Positions 8,912 to 18,510 of a DNA stretch of 64,000 nucleotides are shown here, in pieces. Made by a program: the position numbers and the translations under genes. Origin of the DNA: Minisyncoccota bacterium (GTDB taxonomy: Bacteria; Patescibacteriota; Minisyncoccia; Phycocordibacterales; UBA918); contig CALJTT010000004.1 of NCBI GenBank assembly GCA_937975855.1, positions 5,583-69,582 on the forward strand, written 5' to 3'. The stretch's first letter is position 1. Each line of letters starts with the position of its first letter. Under the pieces are notes generated by a model. The model was not told the DNA's origin. It saw only the letters and a program-made list of their open reading frames with translations, and ran no database searches.

Positions 8912-10042
8912 CTAAAAAACTGGTGTTGCTACGTATGTCAGCGTAGCGGTGTAGTCGTCTGCAGCCTCCTGCAGAGCAGTAACTTCTACTTTGTAGATGA
9001 CATTGGCTGTCCCTTCACCAGCAACAGACCCGTCTGTTGGTCCGTCGTGTCGAAACACTTCAACTGGTGACGATGAGGCCGAAACGAAGTTCGCTCCTCC
9101 AGCGTATAGGTCAGTCAAACCTGATGTAAGAGTTGTGTCATCTGATGATAGTCCCCAGTGACCAGCTTCGTTTTCAAGTCCGGGCGTAGCACCTGGAGCT
9201 GCCCACGCAGTTGGTGTTCCTGTGTAACTACCATCAACGAATCCGTCAATATCAGCACCTGTTGCTGATGACAGCTGTTGATCTGCAGCGACTGTTACCA
9301 CAAAACCATTTGAAGCGTTTGTAGACACTTCTAGACTTTGAGCAGCAGTACTGGCAGTATCGGCAGCCAATTCACCAAACGGAATAGTTGTAGACGAAGT
9401 GTCACCACCAGTGGTGTCACTTCCTACAACCGTTCCAGCTGCAACTCCGTTGATTGTGAAAGTGAAAATCGTATCAACTGTAGCAGTAACTGTTACTGAA
9501 TTTACAATTGCTACTCTAGTTTCACCCGTATCAGCAGAGCCAGAAGTAACGTTAATCTCGTATGAACCTTCTGTAGCTGGATTTGTGATCTGGTTTACGC
9601 CAGCGTCTGCATTTGTACCGATTTGAATTGTCACTGTAGCGTTAGCTGCAATAACACCGGTTCCAGATGTCAGAGTAATGACTTGACCAGCTGCGCCTAC
9701 TCCCCATGTAGCTGCTGCTGGAGCGGCTGCAAGAGTTTCGTCGACGCCGTCGACCGCAAGGTCGACATCACCGAACGCGATACCTGCAACACCAGTGAAC
9801 GCTGGATCAAGTGTAACTGTAATAGTTTCACCTGCTGCTACACCGGTTGGTGCAACGAATTCAATGGTGTGATCTGAGACTACGCTGGGCGCAGAATCAG
9901 TAAGGGTATCGCTAAAAGTTGTGACATTTGCCGCTTCTGCGAACTGCAGAACTGGGAAGCCTAGTGACCATAGGATCACAGCAAGACTTGCCACTGCGGC
10001 GATTGCTTGGAGTACTGAGAACGCATGATTTTTGCGCGTCAT
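8912..10042 (-). CDS. Secreted Thr/Ala/Gly-rich surface protein with WxL-like C-terminal domain (G-H-W-G-L ... T-L-T-Y-V-A-T-P) and conserved N-terminal T-x-F-S-D-T-L-T-D-S motif. Likely an abundant, monocistronic structural/surface protein.
   Basis: 376-aa ORF with N-terminal hydrophobic signal/anchor. C-terminus has GHWGL then a terminal YTATLTYVATPVF resembling the two-motif WxL cell-wall-binding domain. Strong intrinsic terminator immediately downstream (8841..8866) and a 240-nt leader upstream. Paralog at 40864..41991. Confidence 0.5.
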   Translation of the reverse strand: MTRKNHAFSVLQAIAAVASLAVILWSLGFPVLQFAEAANVTTFSDTLTDSAPSVVSDHTIEFVAPTGVAAGETITVTLDPAFTGVAGIAFGDVDLAVDGVDETLAAAPAAATWGVGAAGQVITLTSGTGVIAANATVTIQIGTNADAGVNQITNPATEGSYEINVTSGSADTGETRVAIVNSVTVTATVDTIFTFTINGVAAGTVVGSDTTGGDTSSTTIPFGELAADTASTAAQSLEVSTNASNGFVVTVAADQQLSSATGADIDGFVDGSYTGTPTAWAAPGATPGLENEAGHWGLSSDDTTLTSGLTDLYAGGANFVSASSSPVEVFRHDGPTDGSVAGEGTANVIYKVEVTALQEAADDYTATLTYVATPVF

Positions 10043-10283
10043 AGTACTCTACGTTGTATTAGTTCATAGTTGTCGCGTGTGTGGTACACGCATGTGACAA
10101 TTTCTCCAACAAGGTCTCCACTCCGAATCGGAGAAAACCACGAACGCATTCACAGAGCCACACCGGCTGAAGTGCTCGCGCAAAAAGCGCTTAGTACCAC
10201 TAATTGAGTACTACCTCCATGAATACTCCCCTATTGTACTTTGGTCAGTTAAGACAAACTTCGATTATGCACAAAAACTGCTG

Positions 10284-11423
10284 CTATCCAGTCCAGTTAA
10301 ACAACAAAATTGAGAAGTCTTCAAGTCCCACGTTGCCGTTTTGGTTTATGTCAGCCGGAGGATCAGAATCTCCACCGTTTGATTGCCACCAGAAAATTAA
10401 AATCGAGAAGTCTATCAGGTTTATAAAAGTGTCTCTGTTGAGGTCAGACGGCTGTGTTGCTTGACCATCAACCCCTACAAACAACTGTAGCGATGTGCTG
10501 AAGCCACTCTCCAGGGTCAAAGGCGGGTTTCCAACCAATGAGCGCGCTCGTAGAATATGCTCTGCAATAGCAAGCGTTCCTGTATCGAGCAAAAACGACC
10601 AATCACCATCTGCATTTGTTTGTACAGTTTCAACAACATCACTATCGTCTATGTGAATTTCTATTTGTGCGTCGGGTGGACCCTGTCCTTCAATCAGAAC
10701 CTGGCTGCCAGGGTCTGCGTTCTGATTTTCCGCACGCAACGTAGGAGGCAGTATGATTCCTGACAAATTCGTGATCGCGCCTTGTGTGACGTCAAAAGTG
10801 TTATTTTGGGTGATCGATCTAACGTTTTCGTTGTCAGTAGACCAAACACCAACCGTTGCAGTTCCTGGTTCAGCTTCAACAGAGAACTCAAATTCGCCGT
10901 CATTGTCAGCCCTTACTGTTCCGACACTTTCTGTATCCAAAAGAAAGTTTATGGTGCTGCCTGGATACCCGGTACCACGGATATTAATAATAGTATCTCC
11001 CAGTTCGACTTCGGAACCACCGCCTGAAGAACCGCCGCCTGAAGAACCACCACCACCAGTACCAGCAGGCTCTACCGTACAAGACGAGGAACAGAAATCG
11101 CCGTCATCGTTATTGCCGTCGTCACATTCCTCCGCAAAGACAGTTTGTAAAATACCATCCCCACAGTACGGGCCGAATTCGCACATAGAGTCACATTGTC
11201 GGCCAGCGATTGTCTGGCTGTATGCGCCAATTTCTGCTGGCACGACATCACACTCTTCATTACTGTCGACAACACCGTCACCACAAATACTAATTTCCAA
11301 AGTGGTAGTTGCCACCCGTTGAGCCGCTACAATGTGCGGGAAAATTATGAATAGAATGATTGTAAATAAAAAGTAACGACTCATGTTAACGACCTTTCTG
11401 TTTTCGACGCACGAACACGACAT
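10284..11423 (-). CDS. Secreted protein with Cys-rich CGDG...EECDDGN repeats (Myxococcus-type cysteine-rich repeat), Gly/Ser linker, Ig-like region and C-terminal dockerin. Probable start at the internal Met (MSRYFLF..., ~11384).
   Basis: Signal peptide FLFTIILFIIFPHIVAAQ. Repeats CGDGVVDSNEECD and CGDGILQTVFAEECDDGNNDDGDFCSSSCT. Linker GGGGSSGGGSSGGGS. Dockerin repeats DLNRDTFINLIDFSILIF / DINQNGNVGLEDFSILLFNWTG. Confidence 0.55.
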   Translation of the reverse strand: MSCSCVENRKVVNMSRYFLFTIILFIIFPHIVAAQRVATTTLEISICGDGVVDSNEECDVVPAEIGAYSQTIAGRQCDSMCEFGPYCGDGILQTVFAEECDDGNNDDGDFCSSSCTVEPAGTGGGGSSGGGSSGGGSEVELGDTIINIRGTGYPGSTINFLLDTESVGTVRADNDGEFEFSVEAEPGTATVGVWSTDNENVRSITQNNTFDVTQGAITNLSGIILPPTLRAENQNADPGSQVLIEGQGPPDAQIEIHIDDSDVVETVQTNADGDWSFLLDTGTLAIAEHILRARSLVGNPPLTLESGFSTSLQLFVGVDGQATQPSDLNRDTFINLIDFSILIFWWQSNGGDSDPPADINQNGNVGLEDFSILLFNWTG

Positions 11424-12333
11424 AAAGTATCGCGATCAAAATGGCAAACACCGGGAGCAAAATCGAAATCTTGTGTGCCAAAGACAAACCAACAAATCCA
11501 AAGTTAGCCGCCTGTACTGTGCCAGCAGGTAAAACAGTCAACGACAGGTCACCCTCCTGCTTAAGCTCGTCGCTGTTGAACACCCTATATCTGGCAATAT
11601 AACTACCGGCCGGCAATCGTGTCGGCAAAGATGCTGATACAGTTTCTGTGTTGTACGGTGAGATCTTGGTAATCTTCCCCACATTAGAAGTCTCCTCCAG
11701 TAAGACTTCGCCAGTTTTATCATAAATTCTGAACTCAACATCTGAAGGTGAGATTTCTACGTTACCAGTGTTCTCTATCAACATGTCGAAAACGATTTTT
11801 CCAGGGAAGAACAACCAAGCAAGTTTGGAACCTTCGTTCAGATCCGATACAGAAATTTTTCTGACTCTAAAATCTTCAATCTTTTTATCTATAACGGAAA
11901 GATTTATATCGACCCGCGCTCCTAATGAAATGTTAACTGCACCCTGTGTAACAACCCCGTCGGATGGCACAGTTCTGATTCTAATGGCACCTCCATACTC
12001 GGTAAATCCTGCGTCAGGCGGAACGCTGACACGAACCGTCATCGGCACTTTTTGAACACCGGCGGGTAATATGATCTCTTCGCCTTCAGCAATCTGAAGC
12101 CAACCTTCGAGGTCAGGGGCATCAATGGTTATCTCTGCCTTCTGCTCATCAGACGGATCGCTTCGGACCAATAGAATCTGTTGTTCGTAAATGGAGTTTC
12201 TGGTCAAGCTAGTGTTGCGCACGTACGGAGGAGTAATACCGAAGCCCGCTTGAACTACACTAATTTCAAGCGCAAGAAAAGCGACAAAGGTAAACACCAA
12301 AAAAAGCCAACTCTTCCGCTTCGATAAAATCAT
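11386..12333 (-). CDS. Cell-surface protein with signal peptide and C-terminal TM anchor plus basic tail, DUF916/CscA-like (partner of WxL-like proteins)
   Basis: 315-aa ORF with signal (LFLVFTFVAFLALEISVVQA). The ectodomain has the alternating-hydrophobic pattern typical of DUF916 (GFGITPPYV...ILLV.SDPS...ITIDAPD..W). C-terminal TM ILLPVFAILIAILYVVFV followed by RRKQKGR. Paralog at 39685..40749. Confidence 0.4.
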   Translation of the reverse strand: MILSKRKSWLFLVFTFVAFLALEISVVQAGFGITPPYVRNTSLTRNSIYEQQILLVRSDPSDEQKAEITIDAPDLEGWLQIAEGEEIILPAGVQKVPMTVRVSVPPDAGFTEYGGAIRIRTVPSDGVVTQGAVNISLGARVDINLSVIDKKIEDFRVRKISVSDLNEGSKLAWLFFPGKIVFDMLIENTGNVEISPSDVEFRIYDKTGEVLLEETSNVGKITKISPYNTETVSASLPTRLPAGSYIARYRVFNSDELKQEGDLSLTVLPAGTVQAANFGFVGLSLAHKISILLPVFAILIAILYVVFVRRKQKGR

Positions 12334-12426
12334 GACAGTGTATCTATTATCGTTAATATGACCTTAAAACGCAACAACCACTGCTGGATAACAGTGGTTG
12401 TTGAAAAACATGTTTAGGTGCGTGAA

Positions 12427-14328
12427 CTACCAGTCAACAGCTTCTGCAATAACGGCTGTAAATGTGTTCAATCCTTCGTAGCTACCAGCTACTGTAATCG
12501 GAGTCGGGTCAGCGCCACCAGGAACATAGATACCCCAGTAAGTTGTTCCCCTAGATGCTGTTGTGGTAGCCGTTGTTGTTGACTTCAGAACATCAAGTTC
12601 AAGTTCTTGGTTTGTAGTTGATGACAATACAAGTCCAGTTGTATTATATGCAACAGTTGTGTCAGAGAACTCCTGGTAAGTGGAGTCTATCGTCGAAGAG
12701 GAAGCTCCTCCACAAGGTGTTCCGACACTGAAGTTTGGACACATTGATTCACCTCTTACTTCTTGGTCAATACCGGTATTTCCGATGTTAATTATTTCAG
12801 AAGTAGTCGTGCCCGCGTCGCCACCTAGCAATGTATATCCATCACCTGGAGCGAGTGCGCCGTAAGGAATTTCAGCTGTTGCAAGGTCAAGGGCTGCAAA
12901 TTGAAGTACTTCGACACCGATGTTTGAAGCCACTAGACTACTAGTTGCAAAGTTGTCATCACTAGGAGCTACTGCTGCAAGCCAGTTTTCTGCCTCAAAC
13001 GGTGAAGCGACAGATCCGTTATCAGTTGCGTCAGCGACAAACCAAAGTGGGAATGTACAGTTAAACTCTTGCGTGTCATCAGTGATCCCAGTACAGCTAG
13101 TTGTAGAGGCTGTACATGTCAGATTCCAAGTAGAAGTTGCAACTCCGCTGGTGTAACAATTGTTTGGGTCGTAATCAGGAGTACCTGAGTTACAGCTGGT
13201 TGTCCCTATACCTGAACGATATACAGATACTTCAAAGCCAACAATTTCACTAGATGTGGCACCTGAACTGTTAATGCAGCTGTTTCCATCAGACGCAGTG
13301 AAGTCAAGCGAGAAGCCAGGGGTCTGATCACCAGGAACAGTCAGTGCTATATCAGCACCACCGTTAAGGTTAATGTTAGCCCCCAGAATCGTTGGAGCAA
13401 CGTTGTTGATGTCAAAAGAACCAACAATTGGAGCAGATGCTTCGTGTCCATGTTCGTCAACCAAGAAACCGACTGCGGGGTATGTTCCGTCACGGACCGG
13501 CGAACTAACTGCATAAGAAGAGGTGGCGTTAATTATGCCGTTGAAGGTTGAACTTCCAAGGGAGTTCGTAACACAGCTGTTAGTAGTAGTGCTGTAGTCG
13601 ATAGCTTGCTGACAAACTACAAGTGTTAGTGTGTCCGAAGCATCCACAATGTCAGGGTCAGTCGAAGTAGAGAAGAAGTTTAGAGTAGCTCCTGGATCAA
13701 CCGGTCCATCGTTGTAGAAGTCAGTTAGAACTGGTCGGCTGTTCATGTGGAAAGGAGGAGCTGTATCATCGGTAGTCGTACCTTGTGTTGCTATAGTTGT
13801 ACATTCAGGTTGTACCAAATCACCATCACAAACCCAAGCGAACCAGTCGTTTGATTCTGAGAATTGTGTACCAGGATCGTCAGCAAGCTCAACTGTGGTT
13901 GTTGAAACTAGTGCTACTGTGTCAGATGGTGTCGCTGTGGATACTCCCCACTGAACTCCTCCACCACAAGTTGGCGCCGCCCCGATCTGTGGTGTAGGCG
14001 AAGCGTTGGTGCTACATATCAATAAATAGTAGTCAGCCCCGTTGGCGTCGCTACCAACTGCTGTCCATTGAATTTCCTCACCAGAGTTAGTGGGAGTTGA
14101 AGTTGAAGACCCTCCGATTTCAAAAGGCTGAACAACAAAAGTTGGAGGAGTGTTCAAAACAGTCAAACTGGTGGTAGCGGTTTGCGCCGACACTCGCTGT
14201 AATTCTTGGTTACCCACATCCACCATCAAGGCAAACATGAAAACACAAACTCCTACTACGGCAGAAAGAATCGATATTCTTCCGGCTGTTTTGGCAAAAC
14301 GTGGCAATTCATCTAAGTTGTACGACAT
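12427..14328 (-). CDS. Secreted/N-anchored Thr/Ser-rich surface protein. It ends with the same Y-W-G-I...N-x-F-T-A C-terminal tag as the giant protein.
   Basis: 633-aa ORF with N-terminal TM (ISILSAVVGVCVFMFALMV). The C-terminus ...LELDVLKSTTTATTT..TTYWGIYVPGGADPTPITVAGSYEGLNTFTAVIAEAVDW parallels the giant protein end ...LELDLSKPTTTTPGVTDNLYWGIEVPFGSASRPHTGINSFTAIGD. Confidence 0.5.
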   Translation of the reverse strand: MSYNLDELPRFAKTAGRISILSAVVGVCVFMFALMVDVGNQELQRVSAQTATTSLTVLNTPPTFVVQPFEIGGSSTSTPTNSGEEIQWTAVGSDANGADYYLLICSTNASPTPQIGAAPTCGGGVQWGVSTATPSDTVALVSTTTVELADDPGTQFSESNDWFAWVCDGDLVQPECTTIATQGTTTDDTAPPFHMNSRPVLTDFYNDGPVDPGATLNFFSTSTDPDIVDASDTLTLVVCQQAIDYSTTTNSCVTNSLGSSTFNGIINATSSYAVSSPVRDGTYPAVGFLVDEHGHEASAPIVGSFDINNVAPTILGANINLNGGADIALTVPGDQTPGFSLDFTASDGNSCINSSGATSSEIVGFEVSVYRSGIGTTSCNSGTPDYDPNNCYTSGVATSTWNLTCTASTTSCTGITDDTQEFNCTFPLWFVADATDNGSVASPFEAENWLAAVAPSDDNFATSSLVASNIGVEVLQFAALDLATAEIPYGALAPGDGYTLLGGDAGTTTSEIINIGNTGIDQEVRGESMCPNFSVGTPCGGASSSTIDSTYQEFSDTTVAYNTTGLVLSSTTNQELELDVLKSTTTATTTASRGTTYWGIYVPGGADPTPITVAGSYEGLNTFTAVIAEAVDW

Positions 14329-14423
14329 ACGTATAAAATATTACTAATTTTCCTACTTATTGTAACGTTATTAACTGGGTAAATCACAGGTTATACACAG
14401 CTAATACACAGGATTTACATTGG

Positions 14424-15638
14424 TTATTCGTACCTAATCGCATCCAGTGGGTTCAAAGTAGAAGCTCGTCTTGCGGGAAATATTCCTGTTAGGTACCCAA
14501 CGGCAGCTGAGAATATAGCAATGAAAGCTAGGAAGTCCAAAGGAAAAGCAAATAATGAAACTGCCTGTCCACCATACTGACCCGCAATAAAGTTGAGGAA
14601 CAGGTTAACCGTTACCCCCAATATAACTCCCATCAAAATACCAGTCACTCCCCCTAGGAAACCTACAACGATTGATTCTGAAACAAAGAGATACTTCACG
14701 TCGTTTGGAGAGGCGCCAATTGTACGCATGATACCGATTTCTTTGGTCCGCTCTAGCAAGGTAACAGTCATGGTGTTGAACATACCGATAGCTGACACAA
14801 TAAGTGCAATTCCTCCAAATGTGGCCAAAACAGCCTGAATACCTTTGAAGATCTGCGTTGCTTGCTCAACAGTTTTTGATAAAGCGGTCACACGGTAACC
14901 TTCTTCAACTAGCCAAGCTTCCACCAAGGGTAGATTTTCGTTGTCCACAACATTAACCTGCACTCTTTCATATTCGTCGATGCCTACGTATTCACGCAAC
15001 TCTGGCAACATCATCAATGCGTTAAGAACGCCCTCTTCTTTGGTGATACCTTTTACTATGTATTCTTTGTCCAGAATAATCTCGTTGACCAAATCAGTTC
15101 CGTCATCCGCCGGTACCAGTAGACGAAAAGACACTCTTTCTCCAATAAAAGATTCGGCATCTTCGTCTTCAATTCCAAATAGTTTAAGCACCGCCGGTGA
15201 AAGCATGATCGACGAAGCGTCATTGATATCTTCTTCTACAAAAGCCTCTCCGGCACTAGGGGTAATACCGGCATATCGCAGATAGGCTGGCTCGGCACCT
15301 TGAACAAAAACGTTACCTGTCAGGCCTTTGTATGTGACCAAAGCTGGGAATCGCGCCAGCGGCGCTGCATCAACCACAGCCTCGTTTGCTTCAAATTTTT
15401 GAACAATTTCAGGTGTAAGGGTAAGACCTTGTGCGCCTGTAGCAGAAACACCTAATGACAACAAAGAGTCACCAAATACAATCTGCTCTAAGATAATTTG
15501 CTGCAAACCAAACCCTAGACCCACCAAAATAACCACTGCACCAGTTCCTACACCCATACCCAAAATCGTCAACCATGTACGCAACGGGTTGGTTTTAAAC
15601 ATTCGAGTGGATAGTTGCGCTAGGTCTTGAACTCGCAT
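14424..15638 (-). CDS. ABC transporter permease, MacB/FtsX family (N-terminal TM, large extracytoplasmic domain, C-terminal FtsX 3-TM bundle)
   Basis: 404-aa ORF. N-terminal TM LTILGMGVGTGAVVILVGLGFG. The C-terminus has FtsX-like helices (LATFGGIALIVSAIGMFNTMTVTLLERTKEIGIMRTIGA...). Placed 1 nt from the upstream ATPase gene. Confidence 0.7.
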   Translation of the reverse strand: MRVQDLAQLSTRMFKTNPLRTWLTILGMGVGTGAVVILVGLGFGLQQIILEQIVFGDSLLSLGVSATGAQGLTLTPEIVQKFEANEAVVDAAPLARFPALVTYKGLTGNVFVQGAEPAYLRYAGITPSAGEAFVEEDINDASSIMLSPAVLKLFGIEDEDAESFIGERVSFRLLVPADDGTDLVNEIILDKEYIVKGITKEEGVLNALMMLPELREYVGIDEYERVQVNVVDNENLPLVEAWLVEEGYRVTALSKTVEQATQIFKGIQAVLATFGGIALIVSAIGMFNTMTVTLLERTKEIGIMRTIGASPNDVKYLFVSESIVVGFLGGVTGILMGVILGVTVNLFLNFIAGQYGGQAVSLFAFPLDFLAFIAIFSAAVGYLTGIFPARRASTLNPLDAIRYE

Positions 15639-15639
15639 A

Positions 15640-16962
15640 TTACAGTTTGTAGCTTACGTCTACTCCTTGGGCAATAATTTTTTCGAAATATCTGGTCATG
15701 TCGTCGGCTTCGTTTTCTGAAAGCGCTAATCCTTTAGATCTGATCCCTTTCATTAACCTACTGTTGAACTCTTCGTCATTCGCTACACCAGTTACACGAT
15801 CAGCAATCAACTCGGTCATGTTTTCGTTTTGCTGTTTACTGAGCTTGATTCTGTGGTGATTTGCCAAGTGTTCACTCATGCGCTCGGCTAACTTGTCTTG
15901 CGAGAAGAAAATCGCGTCATTGTCTTTCCGCGCTCGGAAACGGCGAATATCATCAGAGTTTTTGATGATTCTTTCTGCCACTTTTGCCATACGCTTTGCT
16001 TCGTCTTCTGGAACCTCCACTCCCCCTCTTTCGCTTGGCTGCATAAGGCTTTTAATGAAAGAATCCCGATTGATTTTACCTTCGATGAACAAACCAACGG
16101 CGTGCTCCAGTCTGGCAATTTGTGAAAAAGTGTAGTCTTGTGTCAAAAAGTTGATCATACTTTTAACTCGCCAAGTTTCCACAGAGTCATATGGATACAA
16201 GCGTGCCAGCTGTTCTAGCTCAGTCACAATAGTCTCACCTTCACGAACAGGTTTGATCTGTTTTCGTTGTGGGTTAACCACTTCACGTAGGATTTTTCCG
16301 TCTTTGAGGTAATACACGCGGTGGGCGTAACTAAGGTGAGCCGCGTTATGTGACACCATAATAATAGTTCGTCGGTCGAACGTGTTAATTTCGTCAATCT
16401 TGTCCATCACCTGCTGGGTAGACACCGAGTCGAGGTTACCAGTCGGCTCGTCGGCCAGAAGAATCTTGGGATCGTTAACCATGCTGCGCGACACCGATAC
16501 ACGCTGCTGCTGACCTCCAGAAAGCATAGCGGGAATTTTGCCTGAGACGTGACCTACACCAAAGCGATCAAGCAGAGACTGGGCCCGGCGATCTCTGGTA
16601 GTTTTGTCAGCATCACAAAAAATCATCGGCAAAGCCACATTGTCGAGAACAGACAACGACATAATGAGGTTGAAGGACTGGAAAATAATACCCATCACGT
16701 GGCGCTGGAAGTAAACTCGCTCAGATGGAGGGTAAGAATAAACGTCATCCCCTTTTACCAACAAAGTGCCTTCACCTGGCGGTAGTGACCCCTGGATCGA
16801 ATACATGAGCGTGGATTTACCACACCCAGACGGACCAAAAAGAATGATGTATTCACCTTCGAAGATATCAGTGTTCACACCAGAAAGAGCCTTGAATTCA
16901 TTGCTTTTTCCTTGGTTATAGATGATCGATAGATCACGCGCTACGATAAGAGGCTTCGCCAT
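15640..16962 (-). CDS. ABC transporter ATP-binding protein (MacB/LolD-like) with an unusual ~200-aa C-terminal helical extension
   Basis: Walker A GPSGCGKST, signature LSGGQQQRVSVSRS, Walker B ILLADEPTGNLD, H-loop VSHN. After ~residue 235 there is an extra charged helical domain not typical of LolD/MacB ATPases. Confidence 0.75.
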   Translation of the reverse strand: MAKPLIVARDLSIIYNQGKSNEFKALSGVNTDIFEGEYIILFGPSGCGKSTLMYSIQGSLPPGEGTLLVKGDDVYSYPPSERVYFQRHVMGIIFQSFNLIMSLSVLDNVALPMIFCDADKTTRDRRAQSLLDRFGVGHVSGKIPAMLSGGQQQRVSVSRSMVNDPKILLADEPTGNLDSVSTQQVMDKIDEINTFDRRTIIMVSHNAAHLSYAHRVYYLKDGKILREVVNPQRKQIKPVREGETIVTELEQLARLYPYDSVETWRVKSMINFLTQDYTFSQIARLEHAVGLFIEGKINRDSFIKSLMQPSERGGVEVPEDEAKRMAKVAERIIKNSDDIRRFRARKDNDAIFFSQDKLAERMSEHLANHHRIKLSKQQNENMTELIADRVTGVANDEEFNSRLMKGIRSKGLALSENEADDMTRYFEKIIAQGVDVSYKL

Positions 16963-16965
16963 AAA

Positions 16966-18507
16966 CTATGCGCCAATCTTATTAACCCAACCAAACGTCG
17001 ATTCAAAGTTCTCGATAATCAAGTCGATGATGTTCTTTTCTTGGATCGGAGTGAACAGTACGAACTTTTCACTCTGAACTTGGTTACTCGCTTCGTCAAA
17101 ACAATTTAGCCAGAAAGTGTATACAGTTGCTGGAGCGAAGTCGATTATTACCTCGACATGTGTAGTGTTGTATTCGACCAACTCTTTCTCGATTTCGAAT
17201 TGCTCAGACGCACCAGAGGCTCCTTCTTCATACGTCATGATACAGCTAGCCGGTTCGTCAGTGACCCATTCAACAATCGTTTGAATACGCGATTCGCTAC
17301 CAGGGAACAAGGTCGAATCGTTAGTTACGTTAGTGATGATTGGTGGCTGTACGTCACGAACTGTAATGAACTGAATCGGCTGACTACGCACGCGGTCTCC
17401 GCCTGAGTTCTCGACGTTTACAAAAGCGACGTATCGGGTACCGAGCGTCAGGTCGGCAAGTCGCATTTGGTGAGTGGTAGCAAGGGTTGGCCGCCCAACA
17501 GAGTTCTGTGCCCCGGTGGTTTGGTCCTGGAAATCAATTAGGGCTTTGGTAGGAACGTTTGTGTCCCAAGCTAGAGTAGCGGCGTTTTCTTCAACTTTAA
17601 CTACACGAAGATTGCGGATTTCCGGTGCAGTGGCTTTGGTTTGAAAATCGTACACTCGACTTTCGCCAGTAATACCAAATTCGTCAGTTGAAAGTACCTT
17701 GAAACTATACTGGACAAAGGGATTTAGTCCGATGAGGCGGATTTCGTGGTCAGTAGTTTGCCCCTGTGTAGACGACTGGGAAAACTCAAAGTTCGTACCA
17801 TCAAACTGTGCTGTCGGTGAAAATAGTACTTCTGAACTGGCAGGCCGATCTGTTATCCATTTTACTAACGCAGTGTTGGTCTCAGGAATAACCGTCGGAG
17901 GACCAACAATAGTCAGATCCTCGGTGATACCCTTAATAGCCTTGACCGTTTCGTTGACAATTTCTTGCAAAACCTGAGGATTGGTAATTTCTTTGATTTC
18001 TTCGATGATTTCTTCAGATTTGATTTGTTCGTTGAATTTACCTGGCCCAATACCTGAACCGCTGCCGTCAGCCTCACCTGACTTTGGCGCTCCTGTTGTG
18101 TCGATGCGGTAGTCAGCAGAAATACCCTGGTTACCAAACTCGTCCGACGACACAACGCGGAAAAAGTAAGTACGACCAGGCTCCAAATCGTCTAAAGTTA
18201 TGGAGTGTTGCGTCTTATCAGCGACGGGAACACGGCTGATCCCATAGTTTGGCTGCAACCCGTAGTTAATTGCAGAGTCAGCTTCTTCGTCAGTTTCCCA
18301 AGTTATTTGCAGAGTTGATTCATCCACATTAATGATCTGCAGATTGGAGATTTCTGGCGGATCACGATCGTCTGATTGTGCAATAGCAAGACTTGGCATA
18401 CTCACTTGCAAAAGCAGCAAGAAAATTAAGAAGGTGTCTATAAAGAACCGGGATCTCATTGTTCTAATCCTAGCATGTGCTTGGTTGTGATTTAATAAGT
18501 AATTCAT
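16966..18507 (-). CDS. Secreted protein with ~4 fibronectin type III-like domains
   Basis: Signal (FLIFLLLLQVSMPSLAIAQS). Repeated FN3-like modules (PPEISNLQIINVDESTLQITWETD..., APEIRNLRVVKVEENAATLAWDT..., PPIITNVTNDS...IVEWVTDEP). Confidence 0.55.
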   Translation of the reverse strand: MNYLLNHNQAHARIRTMRSRFFIDTFLIFLLLLQVSMPSLAIAQSDDRDPPEISNLQIINVDESTLQITWETDEEADSAINYGLQPNYGISRVPVADKTQHSITLDDLEPGRTYFFRVVSSDEFGNQGISADYRIDTTGAPKSGEADGSGSGIGPGKFNEQIKSEEIIEEIKEITNPQVLQEIVNETVKAIKGITEDLTIVGPPTVIPETNTALVKWITDRPASSEVLFSPTAQFDGTNFEFSQSSTQGQTTDHEIRLIGLNPFVQYSFKVLSTDEFGITGESRVYDFQTKATAPEIRNLRVVKVEENAATLAWDTNVPTKALIDFQDQTTGAQNSVGRPTLATTHQMRLADLTLGTRYVAFVNVENSGGDRVRSQPIQFITVRDVQPPIITNVTNDSTLFPGSESRIQTIVEWVTDEPASCIMTYEEGASGASEQFEIEKELVEYNTTHVEVIIDFAPATVYTFWLNCFDEASNQVQSEKFVLFTPIQEKNIIDLIIENFESTFGWVNKIGA

Positions 18508-18510
18508 AGG

